64,000 nt of DNA from Novosphingobium sp. BL-A-41-H4 (GTDB lineage: Bacteria; Pseudomonadota; Alphaproteobacteria; Sphingomonadales; Sphingomonadaceae): the NCBI GenBank assembly GCA_051942645.1, contig JBPVJP010000001.1, positions 1,054,812-1,118,811 of the forward strand, read 5' to 3'. The translations under genes were made by a program, and so were the position numbers. Below, one piece after another: positions 1-9,137 of the stretch; positions within the stretch are counted from its first letter, which is position 1, and each line of letters opens with the position of its first letter. The notes beneath the pieces are model-generated. The model did no database searches, was not told where the DNA came from, and saw only the letters and a program-made list of their open reading frames with translations.

Positions 1-1836
1 TTCATCGGGATGAACATTTCGGTTCGCGCCAACGTCCGCACGGCTGCCGCGGCGCAGACCGGCCTGCAGGCGGGCCTGACCATGGCATTCCGCGCCGGCG
101 CGATCACCGGCCTGCTCGTGGCCGGCCTCGCGCTGCTCGCGATCGCGGTGTTCTTCTGGTACCTGACCGGGCCGATGGCGCTGGCCGTTGACAGCCGCAA
201 GGTGATCGACGGGCTGGTGGCACTGGCCTTCGGCGCTTCGCTGATCTCGATCTTCGCCCGCCTTGGTGGCGGGATCTTCACCAAGGCTGCCGACGTCGGC
301 GCTGACCTCGTCGGCAAGGTCGAGGCGGGCATTCCCGAAGACGATCCACGCAACCCGGCCGTGATCGCCGATAACGTGGGCGATAACGTGGGTGACTGCG
401 CCGGCATGGCTGCCGACCTGTTCGAAACCTATGTCGTTACCGTCGGCGCCACCATGGTGCTGACCGCCCTGCTGATGTCGCAGGCTCCGCAGCTGGCCAA
501 CCTGATGGCCCTGCCGCTGCTGATCGGCGGCGTCTGCATCGTCACCAGCATCATCGGCACCTTCTTCGTCCGCCTGGGAGGCGGCACGAACGTGATGGGC
601 GCGATGTACAAGGGCTTCCTGGTTTCGGCCGTGCTGGCCGTTCCGGCAATCTGGTGGGCCACCGATACCGCTCTGGGCGGCATGGCCACCGAGCTGACCG
701 TCGGCACCCAGACCTTCAACGGGCGTGAGCTGTTCTACTGCTCGCTGCTGGGCCTGGTCATCACCGGCCTGATCATCTGGATCACCGAGTACTATACCGG
801 CACCAAGTATCGTCCGGTCCGCTCGATCGCCAAGTCGTCGGAAACCGGCCACGGCACCAACGTGATCCAGGGCCTGGCGATCAGCCTGGAATCGACCGCA
901 CTGCCGACCCTGGTGATCGTGGCGGGCATCATCATCGCCCACCAGCTCGCCGGTCTGATCGGCATTGCCTATGCCGCTACCGCCATGCTGGCGCTAGCCG
1001 GGATGGTCGTTGCGCTCGACGCTTATGGTCCGGTGACCGACAATGCCGGCGGGATCGCCGAAATGGCCGGTCTGGACGATAGCGTCCGCGAAAAGACCGA
1101 CCTGCTCGACGCCGTGGGCAACACCACCAAGGCTGTGACCAAGGGTTACGCGATCGGTTCGGCCGGCCTCGCCGCGCTGGTGCTGTTCGCCGCCTATACC
1201 GAAGACCTGCGGTACTTCTCGACCGGCCTCGGCCTGACGGGCGCGGTGAACTTCAGCCTCGAGAATCCCTACGTTATCGTCGGCCTGCTGCTTGGCGCGC
1301 TGCTGCCCTACCTGTTCGGGGCGATGGGGATGACCGCCGTTGGCCGCGCCGCGGGCGACGTGGTGGTCGACGTGCGCGACCAGTTCAAGAACAACCCGGG
1401 CATCATGGCGGGCACGTCCAAGCCCGACTATGCCCGCACGGTGGACCTCGTCACCAAGGCAGCGATCAAGGAAATGATCATTCCTTCGCTGCTGCCGGTG
1501 CTGGCCCCCATCGTGGTCTACTTCGTGATCGCCGCCGTGGCGGGCCAGGAGAACGGCTTTGCCGCGCTCGGCGCCCTGCTGCTGGGCGTGATCGTGGGCG
1601 GCCTGTTCGTGGCCATCTCGATGACCTCGGGTGGTGGCGCGTGGGACAACGCCAAGAAGTACATCGAAGACGGCCATCACGGCGGCAAGGGCTCGGAGGC
1701 CCACAAGGCTGCGGTGACCGGCGATACCGTGGGCGATCCCTACAAGGACACCGCGGGTCCGGCCGTGAACCCGATGATCAAGATCACCAACATCGTCGCG
1801 CTGCTGCTGCTCGCGGCGCTGGCCGGGGGGCACTGA
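1..1836 (+). CDS. hppA: H(+)-translocating membrane pyrophosphatase, 5'-truncated at the window edge
   Basis: Frame 1 is open from base 1 ([15 protein letters not shown]...). Polytopic. Motifs [37 protein letters not shown] and [21 protein letters not shown] are typical of M-PPases. Confidence 0.93.
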   Translation, partial: FIGMNISVRANVRTAAAAQTGLQAGLTMAFRAGAITGLLVAGLALLAIAVFFWYLTGPMALAVDSRKVIDGLVALAFGASLISIFARLGGGIFTKAADVGADLVGKVEAGIPEDDPRNPAVIADNVGDNVGDCAGMAADLFETYVVTVGATMVLTALLMSQAPQLANLMALPLLIGGVCIVTSIIGTFFVRLGGGTNVMGAMYKGFLVSAVLAVPAIWWATDTALGGMATELTVGTQTFNGRELFYCSLLGLVITGLIIWITEYYTGTKYRPVRSIAKSSETGHGTNVIQGLAISLESTALPTLVIVAGIIIAHQLAGLIGIAYAATAMLALAGMVVALDAYGPVTDNAGGIAEMAGLDDSVREKTDLLDAVGNTTKAVTKGYAIGSAGLAALVLFAAYTEDLRYFSTGLGLTGAVNFSLENPYVIVGLLLGALLPYLFGAMGMTAVGRAAGDVVVDVRDQFKNNPGIMAGTSKPDYARTVDLVTKAAIKEMIIPSLLPVLAPIVVYFVIAAVAGQENGFAALGALLLGVIVGGLFVAISMTSGGGAWDNAKKYIEDGHHGGKGSEAHKAAVTGDTVGDPYKDTAGPAVNPMIKITNIVALLLLAALAGGH

Positions 1837-1876
1837 GGCGGTCAAGACCGCTTCAACCCAGCCAGGGTGAAGGAAA

Positions 1877-1906
1877 CCCCGTCCGGAGCGATCCGGGCGG
1901 GGTTTT
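1877..1906 (+). terminator. Rho-independent terminator after hppA
   Basis: CCCCGTCCGGA-GCGA-TCCGGGCGGGG imperfect stem, followed by TTTT. Confidence 0.6.
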
Positions 1907-2008
1907 CCCTATATAGCGGTACAAAGCCCCATTGCACCCGAAGGGCGACTTGATAGACTTTTGTTCATTGGAGGTCGCACTAGTCGCGCCCTGTCGGAGG
2001 TATTGAAA

Positions 2009-4111
2009 GTGCTAGCTAAACACACTCTGCTCGGCGGCGCGCTGGCCGCTGTGCTGGCCCTCTCGTTGTCCACTCCCCTCGCCGCCCAGGGCACGCCGCA
2101 GGCCAAGCCCGAGATCGTGGTAAAGGGAATCAAGGGCCGCGTGCCGACCGAGGTATTCGGGAAGCGCCCCTTCATGCGCAGCCCGGCCATTTCACCCGAT
2201 GGCACCAAGATCGCCGTGATGATGAGCCGCAACGGGATCGACAACCTTGGCATCATCGATCTGACCAAGCCCGGCAGCCCGCCGAAGTTCTTCGCCCGGG
2301 CCGAGGAGTTCCGTGAAGCGGGTGACCGCACGATCGGCACCTGGTCATGGGTCGGCAACCGCACGGTGCTCTTCACCGTACTGTCGCGCGAGATCATCTT
2401 CGGACAGCGTTCGGACCTTCGCCGCCTTGTGGCTTATGATCTCGAATCCGGCTCGATCACGCCGTTGGCCTGGGAGGGGACGACCGGCGATGGCGGCACG
2501 ATCCTGCATCGTGACCACCAGAAGGAAACGATCCTGCTCCAGCGTTCGTCCTTCCGCAATGAACAGAACGAGTTCCGGCCGGAAGTAATCTCGGTCGATG
2601 TCCGGACCGGCAAGTTTTCCACCGTGCAACGCCCCAACGTGTTCGTTCGCAGCTGGGTGGCCGATGGCAGCGGCGTGATCCGTGCCGGGGTGGGCAACAG
2701 CGATGACGGCAAGGTACGGCTGATGTACCGCGCCAGCGCCAGCGAACAATTCCGCACGATCTCGAACGAGAAAGATGCCACCTTCACCGGCACCCAGGTC
2801 GTCCCGGATATCTTCACCAGCGATCCGAATGTGGCCTATGCGACCAGCAACCGGGACAACTTCCGCCGGGTCTACCGGATCGATCTCAATACCCTGCAGC
2901 CGATCGGCAAGCCGATCTACGAAGTACCAGGCCACGATGTCGACGACCTGATCCGCGACAAGAGCGGCTCGCGTCTGCTGGGTGTACGCTACACCACCAA
3001 CAAGCCTTATGTTCGCTGGTACGATGAGCGCCTGCGCGCAATCCAGGGATTCTTCGACGAGGATTTCGGCAAGGGCAACGCCCAGCTGATCTCGGCCAAT
3101 GACGATTACACCAAACTGGTCATGTTCATCGCCAAGCCGTCGGAACCCGGCACCTATTACGTCTATGACACTGAAAGCGGCAACCTGGCGGTGCTGGGGC
3201 ATTTCCATCCCGAGCTCAAGGATGCCGACATGAACCCGACCGAGACAATCCGCTACAAGGCGTCCGACGGGATGGAGATCCCGGCGGTGGTGACTTATCC
3301 GCGGCATCGCCCGCACCGCAAGAACCTGCCGGTGATCGTCATGCCGCACGGCGGCCCGTTCGGCGTACGTGATCAGGAAGGTTTCGGCTTCTTCCCCTGG
3401 CACCAGGCGATGGCCGAACTGGGCTATGTGGTAATCCAGCCGAACTATCGCGGTTCGGGCGGCTATGGCCGCGAGTTCGTGATGGAGGGCCGCAAACCCA
3501 ACGGTTACGGCCAGCGCATGCAGGACGATCTGAATGACGCCCTGACCTGGTTCGGCCAGGCCGGGCTGATCGATCCCAAGCGCGCCTGCCTGATGGGCTG
3601 GTCCTATGGCGGCTATGCCACGGCCCGGGGCGCCCAGCGCGATCCCAGTCTGTGGAAGTGCGCAATTGCCGGCGCCGGCGTCTATGACTTCCCGATGATG
3701 AAAGCCTTTGACCAGGGTACCTTCGGCAGCTTCGGTGCCAGCTTCCAGGCTACGGCCGAAAACCTGGTGGCGATCTCTTCGGCGCGCAACACCAACGGTC
3801 CCTGGTCGCCGATCCTGATCGTGGCAGGCCTGCGCGATGCACGCATCCCGATCGAGCAGTCGCGCACGCTGGTTTCGCGGCTGAAAGGCTCGGGCAAGAC
3901 CGAAGGTGTCGACTTCCGCTATGTCGAGCAGCCCAAGGGGACGCACAACTTGCCCTATGAAGACGTCCACATCGAATGGCTGGTCGAAGCCGAACGCTGG
4001 GCCGAACGGTTCAACCCGGCCTATGTTTCGACCGACGTGGACTATGACAAGAAGCCCAATGTGGATTCGCGCTTCGTGGGTTCCGCGGCTCCGGCACCTG
4101 CCGCCATGTGA
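2009..4111 (+). CDS. S9 family serine peptidase (DPP IV / acylaminoacyl-peptidase type), secreted
   Basis: ORF is open from 1961. GGAGG at 1996-2000 lies 8 nt before GTG 2009, giving the signal peptide MLAKHTLLGGALAAVLALSLSTPLAAQG. C-terminal alpha/beta fold has HGGPF and the GWSYGGY nucleophile elbow. The start is uncertain by about 48 nt. Confidence 0.85.
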   Translation: MLAKHTLLGGALAAVLALSLSTPLAAQGTPQAKPEIVVKGIKGRVPTEVFGKRPFMRSPAISPDGTKIAVMMSRNGIDNLGIIDLTKPGSPPKFFARAEEFREAGDRTIGTWSWVGNRTVLFTVLSREIIFGQRSDLRRLVAYDLESGSITPLAWEGTTGDGGTILHRDHQKETILLQRSSFRNEQNEFRPEVISVDVRTGKFSTVQRPNVFVRSWVADGSGVIRAGVGNSDDGKVRLMYRASASEQFRTISNEKDATFTGTQVVPDIFTSDPNVAYATSNRDNFRRVYRIDLNTLQPIGKPIYEVPGHDVDDLIRDKSGSRLLGVRYTTNKPYVRWYDERLRAIQGFFDEDFGKGNAQLISANDDYTKLVMFIAKPSEPGTYYVYDTESGNLAVLGHFHPELKDADMNPTETIRYKASDGMEIPAVVTYPRHRPHRKNLPVIVMPHGGPFGVRDQEGFGFFPWHQAMAELGYVVIQPNYRGSGGYGREFVMEGRKPNGYGQRMQDDLNDALTWFGQAGLIDPKRACLMGWSYGGYATARGAQRDPSLWKCAIAGAGVYDFPMMKAFDQGTFGSFGASFQATAENLVAISSARNTNGPWSPILIVAGLRDARIPIEQSRTLVSRLKGSGKTEGVDFRYVEQPKGTHNLPYEDVHIEWLVEAERWAERFNPAYVSTDVDYDKKPNVDSRFVGSAAPAPAAM

Positions 4112-4152
4112 TCCCTCGGACGTTAGCTAATCCTTGGCATTTCAGGATTAAG

Positions 4153-4197
4153 ACCCCCGGTTGCGGCGATTTGAGTCGCCCATGACCGGGGGTTTTC
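4153..4197 (+). terminator. Terminator hairpin after the S9 peptidase gene
   Basis: ACCCCCGGT ... ACCGGGGGT 9-bp stem enclosing an inner GGCGA/TCGCC hairpin, followed by TTTTCTTT. Confidence 0.55.
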
Positions 4198-4198
4198 T

Positions 4199-5386
4199 TT
4201 GGCGAGCACGGCCGCTCTGGCTCCGTCTGATCTGTCGCAGACTGATGCTGCGCCTGGCGCCGCGCCAGCCGTTCCGGCTCGTGCGCGCCTGATCGCGAGC
4301 GATTGGCGCAGCCTGGAGGAACCCGGCGTACGGCATGCCTGGGACGAACTGGCGCAAGGTGCGGCGGAACCCAACCCCTTTTTCGAGAGCTGGTATCTGC
4401 TGCCAGCGCTACGCGCCTTTGATCCCTGCGGTCGGGTTACGATCCTGCGCCTTGAGCAAGAGGGCAGGCTGGCCGGACTGGTCCCGGTGCACCGGCCTGC
4501 ACGCTATTATGGCAGGCCGCTGCCACACTGGAGCGTATGGCTGCATGGCAATGCTTTCCTCGGTACGCCGCTCGTCGCGAGGGGGCTCGAAACCGAATTC
4601 TGGGTGGCACTGACTGAATGGATGGACCGCCAAGGCGGCGCCAGCCTGTTCCTGCATCTGCCGCAGATTCCGGTCGAGGGTGCGGTGCGCCAGGCATTGG
4701 CCGACCTTGCCGCCCGTCAGGGACGACCATTCGGCGTGGTCTTTCGCGAGGAGCGGGCCATGCTCACCTCTCCGCTTGGACCCGACAGCTATCTAGAAGC
4801 CAGCCTGAGCGGCAAGAAACGCAAGGAACTGCGTCGCCAGTTCAACCGCCTAGGCGAGCTTGGCGCGCTTAAGGTTGAGCGCTGTCGTGACGATGACGAC
4901 CTGTCCGACTGGATCGACCATTTCCTGGCGCTGGAGCATTCCGGATGGAAGGGGGGTGCTGGATCGGCCCTCGCCTCGCACCGGGCCACTACCAGCCTGT
5001 TCAGCGAGGCCCTGCACGGCGCGGCTGCGCGCGGGCGGCTGGAGCGGCTGACCCTATGGCTCGATGATGCGCCGATTGCCATGCTGGCCAGCTTCATCAC
5101 CCCGCCGGGAGCCTTCTCCTACAAGACCGCCTTTGATGAGCGATTTGCCCGCTTTTCTCCTGGCGTCCTGCTGCAGCGCGAAAACCTGGCGCTGCTGGAT
5201 GATCCGCAAGTGGATTGGTGCGACAGTTGCGCCGCCGCCGATCATCCGATGATCGACCATATCTGGCGGGAGCGCCGCACCATCGGCCGCTATTCGCTGG
5301 GCATTGGCGGCCCGGTGCGCCGCGCGCTGTTCAAGGCCCTGCTCCGGCTGGAGCGGGGCGAGATCATGAGCGGAACGGAAGAATGA
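4199..5386 (+). CDS. GNAT-superfamily acyltransferase, CelD/BioF2-like (FemAB-type)
   Basis: 395-aa ORF. Family look comes from SWYLLPALRAF, GKKRKELRRQFNRL, ALEHSGWKG and a C-terminal acyltransferase half. The TTG 4199 start abuts the upstream terminator, so the true start may lie further downstream. Confidence 0.6.
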   Translation: MASTAALAPSDLSQTDAAPGAAPAVPARARLIASDWRSLEEPGVRHAWDELAQGAAEPNPFFESWYLLPALRAFDPCGRVTILRLEQEGRLAGLVPVHRPARYYGRPLPHWSVWLHGNAFLGTPLVARGLETEFWVALTEWMDRQGGASLFLHLPQIPVEGAVRQALADLAARQGRPFGVVFREERAMLTSPLGPDSYLEASLSGKKRKELRRQFNRLGELGALKVERCRDDDDLSDWIDHFLALEHSGWKGGAGSALASHRATTSLFSEALHGAAARGRLERLTLWLDDAPIAMLASFITPPGAFSYKTAFDERFARFSPGVLLQRENLALLDDPQVDWCDSCAAADHPMIDHIWRERRTIGRYSLGIGGPVRRALFKALLRLERGEIMSGTEE

Positions 5387-6222
5387 CCGTATTCAGCAAA
5401 ACGGCGCGGGCCACCTTTGCCGCGCATTATCCCGAAGTGCCGCACAAGCTGCCTCACGCGCTGGGTCGCCATCCGCTGCTGGAAATCGATGCCTTGGCGC
5501 GCCTCGCCGAAGCGCTGCCTCGCGCCTCGGTGGAGTACAATCAGGCTGATCTGCCAATCGGGATCAGCGAAAAGCCCGATACGCCTGCGCTGTCGATCGG
5601 CGAGACGATCCGCCATATCGCGGAAAGCGGCAGCTGGGCGGCGCTGAAGAACATCGAGCAGGTTCCCGCCTATGCCGCGTTGCTGGCCGACCTGCTGGCC
5701 GAGATCCAGCCGCAGATTGAAATGAAGACCGGGCGTATGCTCAGGACCCAGGGGTTCATTTTCATCACCAGCCCCAATGGCGTGACACCCTATCACTTTG
5801 ATCCGGAGCACAACATCCTGCTGCAGATCCGGGGCCGCAAGGTGATGACGCAGTTCCCTGCCGGCAATCCGCTCTTTGCCCCGGACGAGGTGCACGAAAC
5901 CTATCACACCGGCGGCGGTCGAGAACTGACCTGGCGCGAGGAACTGCTCGGCGGGGGCACCGAGTTTCCCCTTGAACCGGGCGAGGCCCTGTTCGTGCCA
6001 GTGATGGCCCCGCATTTCGTACGAAACGGGCCGGAACCATCGGTGTCATTGTCGATCACCTGGCGTTCTGAATGGTCCTTTGCGGAAGCCGATGCCCGCG
6101 CCTTCAACAGCGTGCTGCGACGCATCGGCATCCAGCCGCGCAGCACCGGGCGTTGGCCCCATACCAACCGGGCAAAGGCAATAGGCTGGCGCCTGATCCG
6201 GAAACTGCGCGGCGCAGATTAA
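5383..6222 (+). CDS. JmjC/cupin-like Fe(II)/2-oxoglutarate oxygenase family protein
   Basis: ATG 5383 overlaps the upstream stop (ATGA). Candidate HxD...H facial triad: YHFDPEH ... VMAPHFV. The 5215-5382 part of the track ORF is a spurious N-terminal extension. Confidence 0.6.
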   Translation: MTVFSKTARATFAAHYPEVPHKLPHALGRHPLLEIDALARLAEALPRASVEYNQADLPIGISEKPDTPALSIGETIRHIAESGSWAALKNIEQVPAYAALLADLLAEIQPQIEMKTGRMLRTQGFIFITSPNGVTPYHFDPEHNILLQIRGRKVMTQFPAGNPLFAPDEVHETYHTGGGRELTWREELLGGGTEFPLEPGEALFVPVMAPHFVRNGPEPSVSLSITWRSEWSFAEADARAFNSVLRRIGIQPRSTGRWPHTNRAKAIGWRLIRKLRGAD

Positions 6223-6277
6223 GTGCGCGATTGAAACCGGATTGACGCAGCCCCGCCCGCGCCGCAAAGCGCGCGTC

Positions 6278-7171
6278 ATGGACGTGCCCGAAATCTCTCC
6301 CGAACGCCTCGTTTCCGGCCTGGTCCGGCTGCTGACTGTCGAACCCGATGGAGAAGACCAATTCGTCGGTCGCCGCAAGAAAGGAGGCGTTGGCCGGGTA
6401 TTCGGCGGCGAGGTGATTGCCCAAGCGTTGAACGCAGCCCAGGCCACAGTGGCCGATGACCGTGCTGCGCACTCGCTCCACGCCTATTTCCTGCGCGGCG
6501 GCAGCGAGGAATACCCCAGCGATTACCGGGTCGAGCGTGATTTCGATGGTGGCTCGTTCTCAAATCGTCGAGTCGTCGCCAGCCAGCAGGGTCGCCCGAT
6601 CCTGAACCTCACCGCCTCTTTCCAAAAGCATGAGGCCGGCCTTTCGCACCGCGATGCGCCGATGCCCGATGTGCCGCCGCCTGAAGAGCTGGAACCGGAA
6701 GTCGATGTGCGCCGCCGCTTTGCCGAACAGGCCCGACCAGAAGCGCGGCACCATTTCCTTACCCCGCGCCCGGTGGAAATGCGCGCGGTCGAGGGGCGGC
6801 ACTGGATGAATCCCAAACCTGCTCCGCCGCGGATGCATTCGTGGTTCAAGACGGTTGCCCCGTTACCCGACGATCCGTCGATCCACCGCGCAGTGCTGGC
6901 CTACGCCAGCGACATGTCATTGCTTGGCACTTGCGCATTGCCTCATGGCCTTTCGTGGGCGCGTGGTGAGGTGATGAGCGCCAGCCTGGACCACACGATC
7001 TGGTTTCACGACGATTTCCGCGCCGACGAATGGCTGCTCTATGCCACTGACAGCCCTTGGAGCGATCGCGGGCGCGGCTTCAACCGCGGGCGGATATTCA
7101 CGCGCGATGGACGCCTGGTGGCTAGCGTCGCGCAGGAAGGCATGATCCGGAAAGTAACGCCGAAAGAATAG
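6278..7171 (+). CDS. tesB: acyl-CoA thioesterase II
   Basis: Double hot-dog TesB pattern: LLTVEP..DQFVG....GGVGRVFGGEVIAQAL, HSLHAYFLRGG, DHTIWFH. ATG 6278 fits the TesB N-terminus better than 6242. Confidence 0.85.
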   Translation: MDVPEISPERLVSGLVRLLTVEPDGEDQFVGRRKKGGVGRVFGGEVIAQALNAAQATVADDRAAHSLHAYFLRGGSEEYPSDYRVERDFDGGSFSNRRVVASQQGRPILNLTASFQKHEAGLSHRDAPMPDVPPPEELEPEVDVRRRFAEQARPEARHHFLTPRPVEMRAVEGRHWMNPKPAPPRMHSWFKTVAPLPDDPSIHRAVLAYASDMSLLGTCALPHGLSWARGEVMSASLDHTIWFHDDFRADEWLLYATDSPWSDRGRGFNRGRIFTRDGRLVASVAQEGMIRKVTPKE

Positions 7172-7203
7172 CGGCAACGAACGGGAGAAGGAGAACAAGG
7201 TCG

Positions 7204-8406
7204 ATGCGCAAGCGGACGATCATTCTGGGGGCGCTCGCCCTCGCTATGGCTGGCGCCGGTGGCTGGTATGCCAGCCTTGACAAGGAAACGCGCGGGCTGC
7301 TTGCCGCCATGCCGACTGACCGCGACGTGCTGATGTGGTCGATCGACCAGCGCGATGCCGCGTTCCGGGCGATGGACCGCCTTCCGGTGCTGGCCGAAGC
7401 CAGGACCATGGCTCCGGCGGCCAAGCCATTGCCCCTGCCAGCCGGCAAGCCTTTGGCAATCCCGGGAATTGACGAATACCTCGCCAAGCAGCGTGCGGCG
7501 GGAATCGTGATCGTGCACGACGGCAAGGTTCGCTTTGAACGCTATGGCCTCGATTTTGACGCGACCGGGCGCTGGACCAGCTTCTCGGTGGCCAAGTCGT
7601 TCACTTCCACCCTGGTCGGGGCGGCAATCCAGGATGGCTATATCAAGAGCCTGGATGACAAGGTCAGCCAGTATATCCCCGGCCTGCGCGATTCGGCTTA
7701 CGACGATGTCTCGGTTCGCCAGCTGCTGACCATGAGTTCCGGCGTAAAGTGGAATGAGGACTACGAAGATCCCAACGCCGACGTGGCAAAGTTCAACAAT
7801 GCCAAACCCGAAGCCGGGATGGACGCGACCGTCAGCTACATGCGCAAGCTGCCGCGCGCCCATCCACCGGGCGAAGTGTGGCATTACAACACCGGTGAAA
7901 CCAACCTGATCGGCGTGCTGGTTTCCTCGGCGACGAAGAAGCCGCTGGCCCAGTATCTGCAGGAAAAGGTCTGGCAGCCGGCCGGCATGGAAGCACCGGG
8001 CACCTGGTTGCTCGGCCAGAGCGGCCACGAGATCGCGGGTTGCTGCATCCAGGCCAGCGTCCGCGATTTCGCCCGGTTCGGCATGTTCGTGCTGGCGAAT
8101 GGCAAGGTCGGCGATCAGGGGATCGTGCCGGCCGACTGGTTCGCCCAGGCCACGACCAAGCAGAAGGATATCGGCGAACCAGGCAAGGGTTATGGCTTCC
8201 AGTGGTGGACCTACGACGACGGGTCGATGGAGGCAGAAGGAATCTTCGGTCAGGGGATCTTCATCGATCCCAAACGTCGATTGGTGATCGCCAGCAACGC
8301 CAACTGGCCCCGCGCCATCAAGGGGCCGGAGCTAGGCGAGCGCGCAGCTTTCTATCGGCAGGTCCAGGCGCTGATCGATGCCGAGGCGGCGGCTGCGGGG
8401 CGTTGA
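7204..8406 (+). CDS. serine hydrolase, beta-lactamase/transpeptidase-like (class C related)
   Basis: N-terminal signal/anchor sequence. SxxK motif in FSVAKSFTS, and a YNT (YxN-like) motif in WHYNTGE. Confidence 0.8.
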   Translation: MRKRTIILGALALAMAGAGGWYASLDKETRGLLAAMPTDRDVLMWSIDQRDAAFRAMDRLPVLAEARTMAPAAKPLPLPAGKPLAIPGIDEYLAKQRAAGIVIVHDGKVRFERYGLDFDATGRWTSFSVAKSFTSTLVGAAIQDGYIKSLDDKVSQYIPGLRDSAYDDVSVRQLLTMSSGVKWNEDYEDPNADVAKFNNAKPEAGMDATVSYMRKLPRAHPPGEVWHYNTGETNLIGVLVSSATKKPLAQYLQEKVWQPAGMEAPGTWLLGQSGHEIAGCCIQASVRDFARFGMFVLANGKVGDQGIVPADWFAQATTKQKDIGEPGKGYGFQWWTYDDGSMEAEGIFGQGIFIDPKRRLVIASNANWPRAIKGPELGERAAFYRQVQALIDAEAAAAGR

Positions 8407-9137
8407 CCCCCGCTTACGACACGATCGGGATCGACTATGCCCGTCTGCGCCAGCCCGATCCGCGCATTGCCGCGCGGATCGAGGCAGCACTGGGTGATGC
8501 ACGGACGGTCCTGAACGTCGGCGCGGGAACCGGATCCTATGAGCCGGCCGACCGAGCGGTGACCGCGCTGGAGCCATCGGCGGAGATGATCCGCCAGCGC
8601 CCAGCTGGGGCCGCCCCGGCAGTGCAGGGAACGGCCGAGGCCCTGCCCTTCCCCGATCAGTGCTTCGATGCCGCAATGGCGGTGCTGACCGTTCATCACT
8701 GGACCGACCAGCGCCTGGGCCTCGCCGAATTGCGCCGGGTAACTCGCGGACCGATCGTGATCCTGACCTATGACCCGGCGTTCCGGGGGTTTTGGCTCGC
8801 CGATGACTACTTCCCTGCCCTGACCGCTCTGGACGAAGCCAAGATGCCGCCACTCGCCATCTATGGTGGAATTCTGGGCAAGGTCAGGGTTGAAGCCATG
8901 CCGATCCCGCATGATTGCAGCGACGGCTTTCTCTGCGCCTATTGGCGGCGACCGGCAGCCTATCTGGATCCGCAGGTTCGCGCCGCCATGTCGTCCTTCC
9001 ACCTGATCGGCGACGTTTCTGGCCCGATCGCGCAACTGGAAGCCGATCTGGCCAGCGGCGCCTGGCATGCCCGCCACGGCCACTTGCTGGCGCGCGAGGA
9101 GCTTGACCTTGGCTATCGCCTGGTGGTGGCCGGCTGA
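8403..9137 (+). CDS. class I SAM-dependent methyltransferase
   Basis: Motif I is VLNVGAGTGSYEP; also FDAAMAVLTVHHW. TTG 8403 overlaps the upstream stop. The track ORF from 8040 is an out-of-context extension across the previous gene. Confidence 0.75.
   Translation: MTPAYDTIGIDYARLRQPDPRIAARIEAALGDARTVLNVGAGTGSYEPADRAVTALEPSAEMIRQRPAGAAPAVQGTAEALPFPDQCFDAAMAVLTVHHWTDQRLGLAELRRVTRGPIVILTYDPAFRGFWLADDYFPALTALDEAKMPPLAIYGGILGKVRVEAMPIPHDCSDGFLCAYWRRPAAYLDPQVRAAMSSFHLIGDVSGPIAQLEADLASGAWHARHGHLLAREELDLGYRLVVAG

Noticed and set aside
2345-3970. A 541-aa minus-strand ORF inside the S9 peptidase gene. Similar cases: 16010-17668 (+) inside the prolyl oligopeptidase gene, 56665-59331 (-) inside the TonB receptor gene, 50101-51720 (-), and 47952-49985 (+).
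   Set aside because: Same high-GC shadow-ORF artefact. The partner strand carries the recognisable protein in every case.
8040-8402. N-terminal 121 codons of the track ORF 8040-9137. Analogous 5' extensions occur at 5215-5382, 11073-11297, 45906-46181, 47006-47215, 49944-50180, 52626-52868, 40134-40184, 37727-37759 and 38234-38332.
   Set aside because: These extensions overlap upstream genes or intergenic hairpins and lack homology-like sequence. Internal starts give canonical N-termini, often with an SD or a 4-nt coupling overlap.
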